A DNA stretch of 64,000 nucleotides from NCBI GenBank assembly GCA_951406725.2, contig OX597820.1, positions 66,464,001 to 66,528,000 of the forward strand, read 5' to 3'. The notes below the pieces were generated by a model, which was not told where the DNA came from, did not search any database, and was given only the letters and a program-made list of their open reading frames with translations. Position 1 is the first letter of the stretch. Each line of letters begins with the position of its first letter. This DNA is from Octopus vulgaris. Its lineage: Eukaryota. A program made the position numbers and the translations under genes. Of this stretch, positions 12,615 to 27,154 are shown in pieces.

Positions 12615-14042
12615 CATACATACACATATATACATACACACAATCACATTTACACACACATGTACACAGACACACATATGCACACAGATATGTACACATA
12701 CACACACAGGCAGACATAACATGCATATGCACATATATATACACATGCATATATATATATATATATGTATACATATATAGGTATGTGTGTGTGTATTTAT
12801 ATTTATACACCCACTCTGTGATGCTGTCCATTTGATTTAGAAAACTGATTTCTTCTTTTAACACTTCCACCACCAATTTCATGGAAGCTTATTATTTATT
12901 TATCCTGTCTGTCATCATTGAATAATCACTGTTGGTGTCACAGTGCTATAGTGGTGCCATATTAACAGTACTGCAGTAGTGTCATGGTGATAGTACTATG
13001 AATGTCATTGTGGTTTGGTGGTGGTTTTGGCGGTAGTATTAGTGTTATAACAGCGTCATAGCAAGTACTGTTTAACCCCAGGTCGACCTTGAGCGAACAT
13101 ATCTATGATGATATGTATTACTGCTGTGTCTACCCCATATTTTTCCTATAAGTAAGGAATGTAATCCTTTTAACAATCATGTTACCCTATCAAGTATAAT
13201 ACTTATTTATTCACATTGTTTTGAATTAATCCTGCATTATCTCATAAGCATGTCTGGCTGTGGGGCAATATCACTTTACGTGAAAACAGCTGAGGGTTGG
13301 TGACAGGAAGGGTATCTGGCTGCAGAAAAATCCAGCTCAACAAATTCCATATAAGCATGGAAAAAAGATGGATGTTAAGACAATGATATGTGTTTGTGTG
13401 AAAATCCCAGCCTGCACCTAGGATTGAAACCCCGTTCCCCATTGTATCTTATTGGTTTGGGGGCTGATGTAGTCTTCATTCCTGAAATGGCATTGTGACA
13501 TGGTGCATATAAATCAATTTACACTGACATTCTGTAGTTGTATGATGCCTGTTTGACTTACAAATGTTCTTTTGTTCTGCCTTTCCATCAGAACATGACA
13601 TGAGTTCCACAAGTTGCTATGTGTGTGTGGAGAGGGTGGTTGAAGACATGACACATTGTCAGGAGAATAGAGTAGAGTAGCGGCGGCGGCTGGGGGAGTA
13701 CATGTGTACATGACAAGTTTTCCACAGTTGCTTATGGACATTGACTTGACAACAGGAAGTTTTTTTGTGTGTGCATTTCACACCATGTAGAGGAACAATA
13801 CCAAAAAAAAAAAAAAAAAAACCCAGAACAGCTTTCAGGCCAGTCCAGTAGACTTGGGTTTCAGAGTGGTTAGCCAGCTGATGTTGTGTTGGTGAAAGGG
13901 TTAGTCACCATGTGGTAGGTGTGGGGAGCATCAAAAGGATAGAAAGAGAATACATGTGGTATGGGTGAAAGTGTTAATGATGTGGATAGGTGTGAATAAA
14001 TACTGTGGGTACAAGAGCCGATACCATTGGTACCCCAGTACA

Positions 14043-14414
14043 GTTTCAGTCATTTGACTGTGGCCATTCTGGAGCACTGCCTTTAGTCGAGCAAATCGAC
14101 CTCAGGACTTATTACTTGTAAGCCTAGTACTTATTCTATCAGTCTCTTTTGCCGAACTGCAAAGTTACAGGAACATAAACACATCACCATCGGTTGTCAA
14201 GTGATGTTGGGGGGCCAAACACAGACACACAAACATATACACACACATACATATATACGACGGGCTTCTTTCAGTTTCCGTCTACCAAATCCACTTACAA
14301 GGCTTTGGTCACCCCGAGGCTATAGTAGAAGACTCTTGCCCAAGGTGCCATGCAGTGGGAATGAACCCAGAACCATGTGGTTGGTAAGCAAGCTACTTAC
14401 CACACAGCCACTCC
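14043..14414 (-). mobile_element. SINE family A, near full length
   Basis: Reverse complement of family A, ending in CACACAGCCACTCC. Confidence 0.9.
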
Positions 14415-14431
14415 ATATATATATGTATATG

Positions 14432-14490
<59 letters not shown>

Positions 14491-15345
14491 GTGTATATGT
14501 ATATATATGGAACCTTTAAAAGCACATCCGAACGTGTCATGACCAAGAACTCTGTCCTCATTTCATTTGCTGTGACATACTTACATGAATCTAGATGCCA
14601 ATTCTCTTTTGTCAAACAAAACAGAAAGCTAAGAATTGCCTGAATCCATAACCAAACTTTGCAGATCACAATAAGCAAAAATGTTCCACATTTTCATAAA
14701 TCATAAATGAGAGAAAAGAACAAAGATGTCATTGAATTTTATATTGATAAACTATAAACAAAGAAAAATCAATTGTGAAATATTTTTTTTTTTAGGTATT
14801 TTTCTTCTTTTTTTTTTCCATCTAATTGCTCAATGTATATTTTATGCACTGAGTCAAACAAGCCCTTATTTTTGTTTTAAGTTCAAATTATTCACCCACA
14901 GTAATACTGCTGAATGTGGTCCAATCTAAAAGGGGATAATAAATTACTTATTAAAAAATTCACTTTTTTCATTTTCAGCTTTGATATTAGTTTTGTAAGG
15001 GTGTGAAAATTAATCAAAGATTTTTTTCTCTCGGGGGCGAGGAGCATGGAAAAGGTTGAGAACTACTATTACCATTATTACCTGCTACAAGTACAGAAAT
15101 AGATGACTTTGTTGGGGTCCATGAATCAAACACTTATATTTTATGTAGTGTGTGATTTAGAAGTCTCTAGTAGCAGTAGAACTATTCTTTTATTCTCTAT
15201 GTGTGTATGTATGTATGTATGTATGTATGTGTGTGTGTAACATATACATATAATGTATGTATAATATATATATATAAATGTATACATATGTGTGGGGGAA
15301 GAAACATAGACACACAAACATATGCGTATATAATATATATATATA

Positions 15346-15508
15346 TGACAGGCTTCTTTCAGTTTCTGTCTACCAAATCCATTCACAAGGCTTTGGTCAG
15401 CCCAAGGCTATAGTAGAAGATACTTGCCCGAGGTGCCTCGAAGTGGGACTGAACCCAGAACCATGTGGTTGGGAAGCAAGCTTCTTACCACACATCCGTG
15501 CTTCTGCA
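15346..15508 (-). mobile_element. SINE family A, 5' half
   Basis: GGCTTCTTTCAGTTTC...GGGACTGAACCCAGAACCATGTGG. Confidence 0.85.
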
Positions 15509-16050
15509 GAGAGAGAGAGGTAGGTAGGTAGATAGAGAAATAGATTGCTAGCTGGATACATACATACTTACATGCACACATACATACATACATTCACACA
15601 TGCATACCTCTGTATCTCTCTATCTATGGAGAAATCATTGGTGTCACATACAACTTCCTATTGTGACATGTCGCTTGGCTGTGACTGGATTCAATTTGTT
15701 CAGATCATCGTAGGTATAACTTGTTTGGCAGAATCATTAGTGTGACGAGCAAAAACGCCAATCTTCTACGCACCTCTACACATTCAAATTTTTTGCCTTG
15801 TGCTTACATACCTGATGCCCCTGTAGCATACTGAATTGATGGAAACTGTAGAATTCATTCAAACAGTCTGTACCTGCACTGTCATGCTGGTTCTGCCTGA
15901 GGAGCATGTTAAGGGTATGCATGTCTGTGGCGTACTCAGCCACTTGCATGCTAATTCAATGAATATGTAGTTTCAGAGATAGGCCCAGCTATCATGGAGA
16001 ATTCTGTCCAAAATCCATATATCTCAGTGAAAGCAATGAAAGTCTACACA

Positions 16051-16088
16051 TTACTGATGAAGTCACAATAAGGCTTAAACATGTTTTG
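16051..16088 (+). ncRNA. Degenerate minimal hammerhead-like motif
   Basis: CTGATGA-AGTC-ACAATAA-GGCT-TAAA-CATG-T: G12 replaced by T, palindromic stem III ACATGT, poor stem I. Confidence 0.4.
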
Positions 16089-17179
16089 AGTTGTTCCCTA
16101 TACTTTTTAAAATGTGAGACTACAGGTGGAACCTTTCCACAGGTAAAAACCAATTCTGAGACACCAGCTGTTGATACAGAAGAGTTTCCAACATTGTGAT
16201 CATTTTCAGAAGAGCTCACAATACCTCTGAGTAGCATCTGTAATTTCTGATGTTTATCTCAGCTTGATAAATATGTTTCTCTATTTTTCACTTCATTTAT
16301 ATCTAGTTAGCTTTTTTCTTTTTGTATGTTCCGTTTCTCAAATACTTTTATACTAATTTATCTATTAGTAAGTAAAAAGTGAATCTTCCCCGCTCTACTT
16401 AACTACTACTAAACTACTCCACAATTTTGTAGACAGTTTTCAGACGTCACCAGGATTTATCAAACATGATTTATGTATAGAAAGTTCAAGTAGATAATGG
16501 TTTATTTAGTTAGAATAAAGCCTTCCTTCGTACCACCCTCCGTGACTGCTCGAAATGTTCTCTGCAGGTGGCTATACTCCTGTCTCTGTTCTTGCGACAC
16601 ACACTGTGAAAGTTCACATCTGATCAAACACTCACTCAACCTCATAAACACCTTTCTTGTAAAGAGACCACACACTCTTACTCACACTCGTACACATGCA
16701 TGCGCACCTACACAGACATACATATATACACGCACACACACACACACACACATATGCATGTGAGCACGTACACAAACACACATGTACACAGTTTTATACG
16801 CTCAGATATGACAAAACGGAAACTATACACACATCACAGGCATGTACATACATGCAAATATAAACACCATTTTGCTCAGAAACTTACACACACACACCTG
16901 CACACACCTGCATTCCTAACTTCTTCACCTTTTATTCATTCAACATCTCATCATTGTCTGCAGTTGCCATCGTAACAATCACACCACTGTCAAGCAGTGG
17001 ATATTGACTAATGTCTCATTAGGTTCCCATGAAGATCTTAAATCCTCACACAAGATTTTGTGTGGTCTACCAGTGTACACACACACACACACACACGTGT
17101 GTGTATAGATAGATGGATGGATAGATAGACAGAAATAGATAGACAGAAATTAGATAGATAGATAGATTGATATTTAAAT

Positions 17180-17258
17180 GCTCTGAGGAAGCTATAAGAT
17201 ATCACTCAAGCACTCAGCTTTGAGTGCAATATTTCCTACAGCAGAAACAACTGTGAGC
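17180..17258 (+). ncRNA. Hammerhead-like motif with extended stem II
   Basis: GCT-CTGAGGA-A-[GCTATAAGATAT CACTCAAGC ACTCA GCTTTGAGTG CA ATATTTCCTACAGC]-A-GAAA-CAACTG-T-G-AGC. Stem I is GCT/AGC; position 17 is G. Confidence 0.6.
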
Positions 17259-17304
17259 CAGTGAATGTGATTAAATACCACCTGTTCTTTTATCATTTAT
17301 TAAT

Positions 17305-17340
<36 letters not shown>

Positions 17341-17627
17341 CTACCCATGCTAGCATGAAAGACAGACGTTAAAAAATAATGATTATATATATATGTATAT
17401 ATATGTATATATATATGTGCATGTATGTATATATTTGTGTATGTTTATATTTTTGTGCTTGTATATGTATATATATTTAAATATATGTTTGTGTGCGTGT
17501 ACATTTATGTATATATGTTTATGCATATATCTCTGTATATCTCTATATATGCATATTGATAAATTCTCATATATAGGTATATATGCATCTCTCTCTCTCT
17601 CTCTCTGTATATATATATATACATATA

Positions 17628-17966
17628 GGGTGACCCCCCCCCCTTCAGTCATTAACAACCATGGGATTGCACCTAAGAAGTTACCCTCTGAGGCACAAGT
17701 CCAGGCAAGGTTGTTTATGGAAGACCAGCAGTCGCCCATGCATACCAGCCTCCCTTCTCCACGCTACCGATGTTATCCAAGGGAAAGGCAAAGGCTGATA
17801 CAGTTTCACACCAGTGACATTGTAACTCATTTCTACAGCTGAGTAAACTGGAGTAACGTGAAATAAAGTGTCTTGCTCAAGAACACAACACACAGCCCAG
17901 TCTGAGAAATGAACTCACTACCTCACGATCGTAAGTTGGATGCTCTAACAACTGAGCCATGCGCCT
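17628..17966 (-). mobile_element. SINE family B, full length
   Basis: Reverse complement of 57441-57780, with (TA)-rich tracts on both sides. Confidence 0.9.
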
Positions 17967-17988
17967 TCACATATACATATATATATAT

Positions 17989-18056
<68 letters not shown>

Positions 18057-19066
18057 GTATATACATATATAGTATGTACGTTCATACACATACCTACCCA
18101 TACACAGAGTGAATTTCTCTTGTCAAGTGCATTATATTTGATCAGTACATGACAACAACTCTATCCTTTCTTCTTCGGTGATGGCCCTCCACCATCATTT
18201 TTTCCTCTCCTCCCACTGTCACTGAGTTCAAGTTAAAAGAATTTTGCACATTTCTGTTTTCCCTCCTTCCCACCCACCCACCCACCCCGGAACAAATCCT
18301 ACGCACCACCCCCTACCACCACCCCTCCCCACTCTTGGCTTCCAGTTGTTACCTACCACGTCATCTCTATCTTCTCTATTCCACCCCACCGCAACCCTCC
18401 AACAGTTAGTTATACTCACCTCCATCCCCCCCCCCGCTTTTATTTACACCCCCCTTAACTCCACGTGAACTCAAAGTCCCTGCATTTTACGACCAATAAA
18501 GAGGACCTGTACAAATACGCGCCCGCCGCGAAGCAATAACAGTAAGAATATTTCTAGCTTTTAATGCATTTACAGCCATGGATTTATCATCATCATCACC
18601 ATCATCACCATCATCATCATCACCAGCATCATCATCATTGTTGTTGTTTCTGGATGGTGATCATTATGTATTACGATAATTATGTGACTCCAAGAATTTT
18701 AGTTATTCAACCTTATATTATGGAGTTAATCTATGTGGGGGGTCTGAATGTCATAATACTTTTAATGTATACATTGATGTGTGTATATACATATATATAT
18801 ATTTATATACATACATATATATATATATATATGTTTGTGTATGTTGTATGTATGTGTATAGATGTATGTGCATATATTTATGGTGTATGTATGTGTGTAT
18901 ATGTATCCCACTATGTTTATGGTGTGTGTGTGTGTGTGTATGCATGTGTATAAAAGTACACACACATAAACGTGTGCTAAGTGCAAAGTTGTTGGTACCT
19001 CTTAAATCTAAATTCTTGCTTATCATTTACCCATGACCTGAGTGTTTCTTAAAAATGTTCAATGAT

Positions 19067-19153
19067 GGCGCAGGAGTGGCTGTGTGGTAAGTAGCTTGCT
19101 TACCAACCACATGGTTCTGGGTTCAGTCCCACTGCGTGGCACCTTGGGCAAGT
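19067..19153 (+). mobile_element. SINE family A head, 3'-truncated
   Basis: GGCGCAGGAGTGGCTGTGTGG...GGCACCTTGGGCAAGT, near-consensus head. Confidence 0.9.
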
Positions 19154-19176
19154 TAGTTATACTCACCTCCATCCCG

Positions 19177-19470
19177 TGACAATGACACTTGATGATGATG
19201 ATGATGATGATGACCATGACAATGACACTGTTGATGATAATGATGCTGATGATGACAATGACACATGATGATGATGATGATGTTGCCAATGATGATGATG
19301 ATGATGATGACAACCACAACAATGACACTGTTGATCATGATAATGATGACAATGATGTTGATGTTGATGATGATGATGATGACCAAGACAATGACACTGT
19401 TGATGATGATGACGTTGATGATGATGATGATGTTCACGATGATGATGCTGATGATGATGACGATGTTCAT
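19177..19470. repeat. (GAT)n domain with recurring ACAATGACAC(TG)TTGAT motif
   Basis: About five motif copies within the GAT runs. Confidence 0.75.
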
Positions 19471-20958
19471 AATCTACAAGTTTCTTCTGCTGCCATAGTG
19501 TCCCTTCTACCAAGCACCCTCTCCAAGTCGCCATTCTTCTCAACCATTATTCTTCACCACCATTCGTTTTTTTTTTCCTTCACCTACAGTACTCTTCTCT
19601 CTCCTCCACCACCACCACCTCCACCACTAGCCTTCTCCATCCCTACAAGCCTTCTCCCTGCACCAACACAACCACCACCACCACCACCACTCTACTAGTC
19701 TTGCCCACCACCAGCTGCTGTTTGGTAAATAATTTTGGGGTGTCAAGATATATTTTCATATCAAACAATTTTCTCTGATATTTCCTTCCTAAACAAACAA
19801 AACCTTGGCAAAAACAACAACAACAGCAATAACAAATTCATAACAATTTTTCTATCTTCTATTATATTATTCCTTCATCTTCCATCTAAAAGCCTTTTGT
19901 TTTGTGGAAGTTTTTTTTTTTTGGCTTTTTGGCATTTTTGTTTGTTCTTACTTATTACATCTTCTCTAGACATGACTTGAGATAAAACAGCAACACAAAA
20001 ATATTAAAAAAAAAAAATATATATATAGTTTGATATCCTCTTTATCTAAAACTATAGGCCCTGACCCCCTGCCTTCTCTTATCTCTTCCCCCCCCCCCTA
20101 GTTCACTGGTGCTTTAGTATCTAGTATGTACCAATTGTCTTCACAGAATTGGCTACAGAACATGGAATGTTAACTGTGTCTGTCTATTCCTCTGATATGG
20201 GTGTTCTTCCTTTTATTACCATTTGATTATTTTATAATTTTATTAATTTCTTTTATATCTCCCTTATTCTTGGCTCAATTATTTAGCGGGGTGGTGGTGG
20301 TGTTGGTGGTTTTTAGGGGCAGTGTTATTTTGTAGGGGTAATGTTCTGCTGGTGATGGTCTATTTGACACCTAATGAAAGAAATAGTTCCCTCTATGTTA
20401 GTATAATAGTCCACTGTACTAGGGAACCTCCCATTACAAGAAAGAATTTTCCTCTGGTGGAGTCTGTTACATTTCCAATGTAAATAGCACTCAGACACAT
20501 GCGTGCACACACACACACACACACATGCTATGTATATGTATGTATTCCTCATTATTGTTAGTATTTTTATATCTAGTTTTCCTTGGGTGCAAAAATGATT
20601 TTATATAAATATATATATATACATACACATACACACACACACACACACTCACATGCAAACATACATATATGCACATGTGTGCGTCTGTACATGTTAGATG
20701 AACGTGTGTCTGCATGTAAACATGGACAAGTATATGTTCATGTGTATGCTTATGAATGTGTGTATATGCATGTCTGTGTGTGTGTATGTGTGTATGTATA
20801 TGTGTGTGTGTGTGTGTATATGTGTGTATGTGTATATATATATGTATATATGTGTATATATATATGTATATGTATATATGTGTATATATATATATGTATA
20901 TATGTGTATATATATATGTACATGTTTATATATATGTATGTGTTTATATATATATATG

Positions 20959-21015
<57 letters not shown>

Positions 21016-21060
21016 ATATGTACATGTTTATATATATGTATGTGTTTATATATATATATG

Positions 21061-21103
<43 letters not shown>

Positions 21104-21715
21104 GTGTGTGTATATGTATGTATTTGTATATACATGAATGTGGTTACATGTGAATGCATGAATGTTGGTACATATAAAATAAACATCTGTATGCGTGTCT
21201 ATGTATAGATGACTGTATAGATGTACACACATGTATGAACGTGTGTGTGGCTGTGTGTGTGTGTGTGCATATCCTGTATGTGTGAGTTTGCAATGACAGG
21301 TGAAGCTAGGATATATTAATAAGCGAAGAGATGAGAGGAAGGAAGAGGAAGGAGTGGATGAAGCATCATAAAATTCTAATGCAGACAGACAGATACTAAC
21401 TATATGGCGCTTGATCGAGGTAGATTAATGTCTATCAGAATAAGTGAGGCTGTTTTAATATGGCCAGACAGGTGTGCCAGCCAACACAGTACATACAATA
21501 TATAGGTCTTTCTCTCTCTCTCTCTCTCTCCCTCTCTCTTTCTCCCTCACTCTCTCTTTCTCCCTCCCCTTATCTATATCTACATCTATCTATCTGTCTG
21601 TGCATTTGAGTCAACATTGGAGTTTCTACATGGTCACTCAACCTGGTAGAAATAGCAGCCAAATTTTCCTCAAAATACACCTCGTTATCTTAAGTAAAAA
21701 AAGAAGACTCCTTGA

Positions 21716-21836
21716 CCAATAGAATAAGTACCAGGTCCAAGAAATAAGTCCTGGGGTAGATTTGTTCAACTAAAACCCCTTAAAGGCAGTGCTCCAGCAT
21801 GGCCACTGTCAATTGCCTGAAACAAGTAAAAGAATA
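21716..21836 (+). mobile_element. SINE family A, 3' end
   Basis: AGAATAAGTACC...GCTCCAGCATGGCC...GAAACAAGTAAAAGAATA. Confidence 0.8.
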
Positions 21837-22423
21837 GGTTAAAAGTACGGAATTGATATAACTGTAGCATCTTTGATCATAAGTCGACTCGATCAGGGTT
21901 TATTTGCTCGGGGTTAAACAACAACAACAACAATCTGTTTATCTATTTTTCATATCTTGTGATGTCTTCTTGACAATATTAGTGACATGATGGCAGCAAA
22001 TCGAAGAATTATGAAGGCAGAATATTTGCTCACGTTTATCCTGGGTTTGTTTTCTTTCTTTTCAAATATGACATCCTGTCTTAAGATTATGGATTTTCAA
22101 AATGATCTTTTCGGAAGGATATAGCAGCTACATTGATCGGTTGATTGATTTCTTTACATCAGTATTTCTTAACAGTCTCACTGACCCCACCACCACCACC
22201 ACCACCACCACTCCACACACCCCTCACCCCAGCCCTATTCATCAGGCGTGGTTAAGAAGCTTGCTTCCCGACCCCATGGTTCCTGGTTCAGTCTCACTAA
22301 GCAATAATGTCCATTGGGGTTGGTTTACATATTCAGAGCAGAACTTCAACTGGACATCCACCGAGTCCAACAAAAGTTCTATTTCTACTCCCACTTCTCT
22401 CTCACTATACTCCTACCACCACC

Positions 22424-22872
<449 letters not shown>

Positions 22873-23033
22873 CAAAGTACAGTCTATCACTCTCTCCCTC
22901 ACATTTTAGCAAAACCTAAAGTAACCTAAAGCTGTACCAGAACCAGTTTTCTGGAGGTTCTTCCTGTTTTTGCAAAAGGATCTTTAACTTGCTTTTGTGT
23001 TTACATCTGTGTACGCCTTTGTTTAAACATACC

Positions 23034-23065
<32 letters not shown>

Positions 23066-23452
23066 ACGTACCATATGCTTGTGTGTGTTTTTGTGTGTGT
23101 TTATGCAATACTTGTATATGCGTGTGTTTGGATTTGTGTATGTATGCTTTTTCCTATGTATGTATGTATATGTATAAATGTGTCTGTATATGTTCCAGTG
23201 TTTGGTGCTTGTACATAATGTGTATGTGTTTATGCACCTGTGTCTGATCTGTATGTATGTATGTATGTGGTTGTTGCCTTTTTTTTTGTATTTTTCTTAA
23301 TTTTTTCTTAAGACAGAAGACATTTCTTTCTTTTCTTTCTTTGCTTTTTTTTTTCAAGAGAAACGAAAACAACACAAAAAAAAAACCGTTTCAGTATCTT
23401 TGCTAACCAGAAGTCCACCTAACTCTCTCCGTCTCTCTTTCCATACATAGAC

Positions 23453-23465
23453 GTACACACACACA

Positions 23466-23510
<45 letters not shown>

Positions 23511-23613
23511 TCACACACACACACACACACACATGCAAACACACACACACATTCTGAATATAGCCTGCAGATGCGAACATTGCTAAAAAGCAGTTCCACA
23601 GATGCAAAAGACT

Positions 23614-23670
<57 letters not shown>
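23453..23670. repeat. (CA)n microsatellites
   Basis: Two long CA tracts. Confidence 0.95.
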
Positions 23671-23673
<3 letters not shown>

Positions 23674-24224
23674 AACAACAAAAACAAATCTAGTCGATTT
23701 GTTTTTACTTTGTATCTCATTAGTAGACCGATTATAGTTATTGTTGTTGGAACTTTTGCCCTGGTTGTTGGTATAATTTATATTTATTTTTACTGCAGAG
23801 GAGGGTGGAGTATTTTTAATGTTTTTCATGACTTATTTTTTATATTTTGTTATTATTTTCTTTAGCTCATATCAATTACACACACACACACACACACACA
23901 TTCTTCGTTCCTGATCCTAAAGTTTAAATTCATTTACTGCTATTGTGATAACTTCTCTCCTTTTTGTCTAGAGATCTAGAAATTGTCCTTTGTATTATAT
24001 TATATGCATATATACTTGTATGTGTGTGTGTGTGTGTGTGTGTATGTATATATATATATGTATATATATGTATGTATGGGTTTATGTAATTATGCGTGTG
24101 TGTGTGTGTCTGTATATATGTGTGGATGTGACTGTGTATGTGTGTGTGTATATATAAATGTGTGTGTGTGTGTCTGCGTATATATACATGTATATATATA
24201 TATGTGTGTCTGTATATGTATTTA

Positions 24225-24282
<58 letters not shown>

Positions 24283-25696
24283 TATATATATATAAGCATT
24301 TTGATAATTGATGTTGCATAAGGGAGGCTGGAGTGAGGGTTATTTTAAAATTCTTTGCAAAAGCAAAGGGTAGATAAAAGAACAAAGAAAAAAAACCCCC
24401 ACATAAATACAGAAATTAAGTGGAAAAAGACAGAAAAGGTCTGCCCTCCTCCACCTTCCCCTTCTTGTCCAACACCCACCACCCACCCACCTTGACCCAC
24501 CTCCCACCAAAAACCCCAACAGTTTTTCATTTATTCCTATTTAATTTTAAACAAATCTGATATTCAGTTTACAAAGATATTATATATATGTGTGTGTGTG
24601 TGTGTGTAACACTGAAATATATAATGCTCTGATTCTGCTTGCTGTGTGTGTGTGTGTGTGTGTTTTATGCATAAATACTTAAACACATAATGCACTCTCT
24701 CTTTATGTGTGTATGTATGTATGTTTGCATATATATGTGAGTGTGTGTGTGTGTATATATATTTATTTATATCTGTGTGTGTGTAAATATATATATGTCT
24801 AGGTGTGTGTGTATGTAAATATACATATATATAGGTGTGTGTGTGTATATATATATATTATTTATATATGTGTGTGTGTTTATATATATATATATATATA
24901 TTTATTTATTTATATATGTGTATGTATATATATATATTTATTTATATATGTGTATGTATATATATATATATATTTATTTATATATGTGTGTGTATATATA
25001 CCTATATTTTTATATGTGTGATGCTAAAAATCAATTGCTTAAACCACCAGAATAAGAATATAGGCATAAAAGATTAACTGTATTTATGTATATTTTGAGG
25101 TGAGAGAGAGTAGAGAGAGAGAGAGTGAGAATCTATCAGACTCTCTCTCTCTTTCACTCTCTAATAGACCTTTGTGATGATGATGATGATGATAGTGATG
25201 ATGATGATGATGATAGTGATGGTGGTGATGGCGCTACTGGGTTGTGGTTGAAGTAGAATGAGAGCCGAGACAATAAAATGACAGCCTCAATCTCCAAGAT
25301 ACAAGAATATGATAATTCTTCTATTTGAAGCCATTTCTATTTTGACTGCCTTTTTTCTCTTGATATTTATCTTTTTAATGGCTTGTCTTTTTCTTACCTT
25401 TTCTTGCTTCCTCCAGGACCCTCCTCGCCAACACCTACACCACTACCACCACCACCACCACCACCACCAGTTCCACATCTCTATTACAAATCCCCCCCAC
25501 TGCTGTGTGACCCCTACATCTTACCTATTCTATTTTTCCCTTCGTTTTTTTTTTTATATATTATTTATATATATATTTTTTTTCTTCTCACCACCCACTC
25601 CTTTACTGCCTCCCCCACCCCCCACAATTCCCCCCTCTATTTCAGAAAACTAATTTACTTCATACTTATTTATTTCTGATTCTGTATCACAGTGGT

Positions 25697-25698
25697 GG

Positions 25699-25757
<59 letters not shown>

Positions 25758-25785
25758 TAATAATAACAATGATAATAATAATAAT
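25697..25785. repeat. (AAT)n microsatellite
   Basis: Visible directly. Confidence 0.95.
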
Positions 25786-26855
25786 ATGAAAGTGAGAGAT
25801 AAGGGAAGAAAATCAAAGTAATGTTGATATTTTTTGTTCTTTTTCTTGATGTTCTGTTGTTGTTGGTGTTGTTGCAGCCATCTTTGATTTTTTTCCCATA
25901 ACAACAACAACAACAATAACTAGATCAACTCTTAACCTAGCCTCCACTACTGCCAGCTATACACAGCCACGTATTGGAGCCAACACACCACCAGTAGCGC
26001 CACCAACACCACTTTGCTTATTATAGCCACCACCACCACCACCACCATTGTCGCTTACCATCGCTGCAATAACTGACGCGATCATCTCAGGCAACCACCA
26101 TCCCCACCAACCCCATGATGGCCATCATCAGTGCCAAACGCAGCAAGCACCTGCCCTGCCCTGCCCCACTGTCGTCCCCAATGGCACAGTCGACACCATC
26201 AACATCACCGCAATAACAATCTCTGAAACAGCCACCAGCACAACCACCAAACGCAAACACCACCACTGCCATCAACACCATCGCAACCGACTCCAGTACC
26301 ACCACCTCCACCATCACCACCATCCAACGCAACCATCACTAATACCTTCACCACCACCATCAACACAGCCACCACCACCACTGTGAACACAACCACCGCC
26401 AACATCACCAAAAATAACATGGCCACGCTCTCCATGACAGATACCATCAGTACCCAACACGGCAGCCACCATCTGCGACGCCAACTCCACCATCCCAACT
26501 AACACAGTCACTACTATTACCAACACCTCCTCCACCACCACCACCACCAACACAACCATTTAAGTATAACCCCACCTCCACCACCACCACCTGTTTCCAA
26601 TATAGTAACATCTGCAATTATTTTCTCTATGTCCAGGGAAAATACAAGAAAGTAGTTGATGTGTCTTTTATTTGAAATATTCATTTTTATTTCATATTTT
26701 TCTGTTCTGTGTCCATCATTTTGATGTTTTGCTCTGTCTTAATAAACGTATTCATTCTCTTTAGGGTAGGAAGGTAAATCTCAGATGATCAGTGCTTACT
26801 TATAGCTGTTTTAAAGGGGCTGATTTTTGTTTTTTTTATATAGAGTTTATAATAA

Positions 26856-27090
26856 GGTGCATGGTTCAGTGGTTAGAGTGTCAGGCTCACAATTATGAGG
26901 TTGTTAGTTCGATTCCCAGATCAGGCTGTGTGTTGTGCTCTTGAGCAAGACACTTTATTTCATGTTGCTCCAATTCATCAATACTGCCAAGCTGTATCGA
27001 CCTTTACTTTTCCCCTGGACTTGTGCCTCAGAGATTAACTTTGCAGGTGCAATCCCATTGTCATTCATGACCAAAGAAGATCTTTACCCT
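26856..27090 (+). mobile_element. SINE family B with internal deletions
   Basis: GGTGCATGGTTCAGTGGTTAGAG head and TGCAATCCCATTGTCATTCATGACC tail. Confidence 0.85.
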
Positions 27091-27095
27091 TATTA

Positions 27096-27154
<59 letters not shown>

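Noticed and set aside
15816-15875. Resemblance to mir-10 (CCCTGTAG...GAATT)
   Set aside because: Seed differs from ACCCTGT and the hairpin pairing is poor.
15990-16260. Possible hAT dimerisation-domain relic on the minus strand (..LLKMITMLETL/VSTAG..)
   Set aside because: Requires a frameshift and a stop, lacks the ERxFS motif, and overlaps a hammerhead-like motif on the other strand. Not supportable without an HMM search.
19189-19698. Asp-rich ORF resembling an acidic biomineralisation protein
   Set aside because: (GAT)n slippage domain with no signal peptide or exon boundaries.
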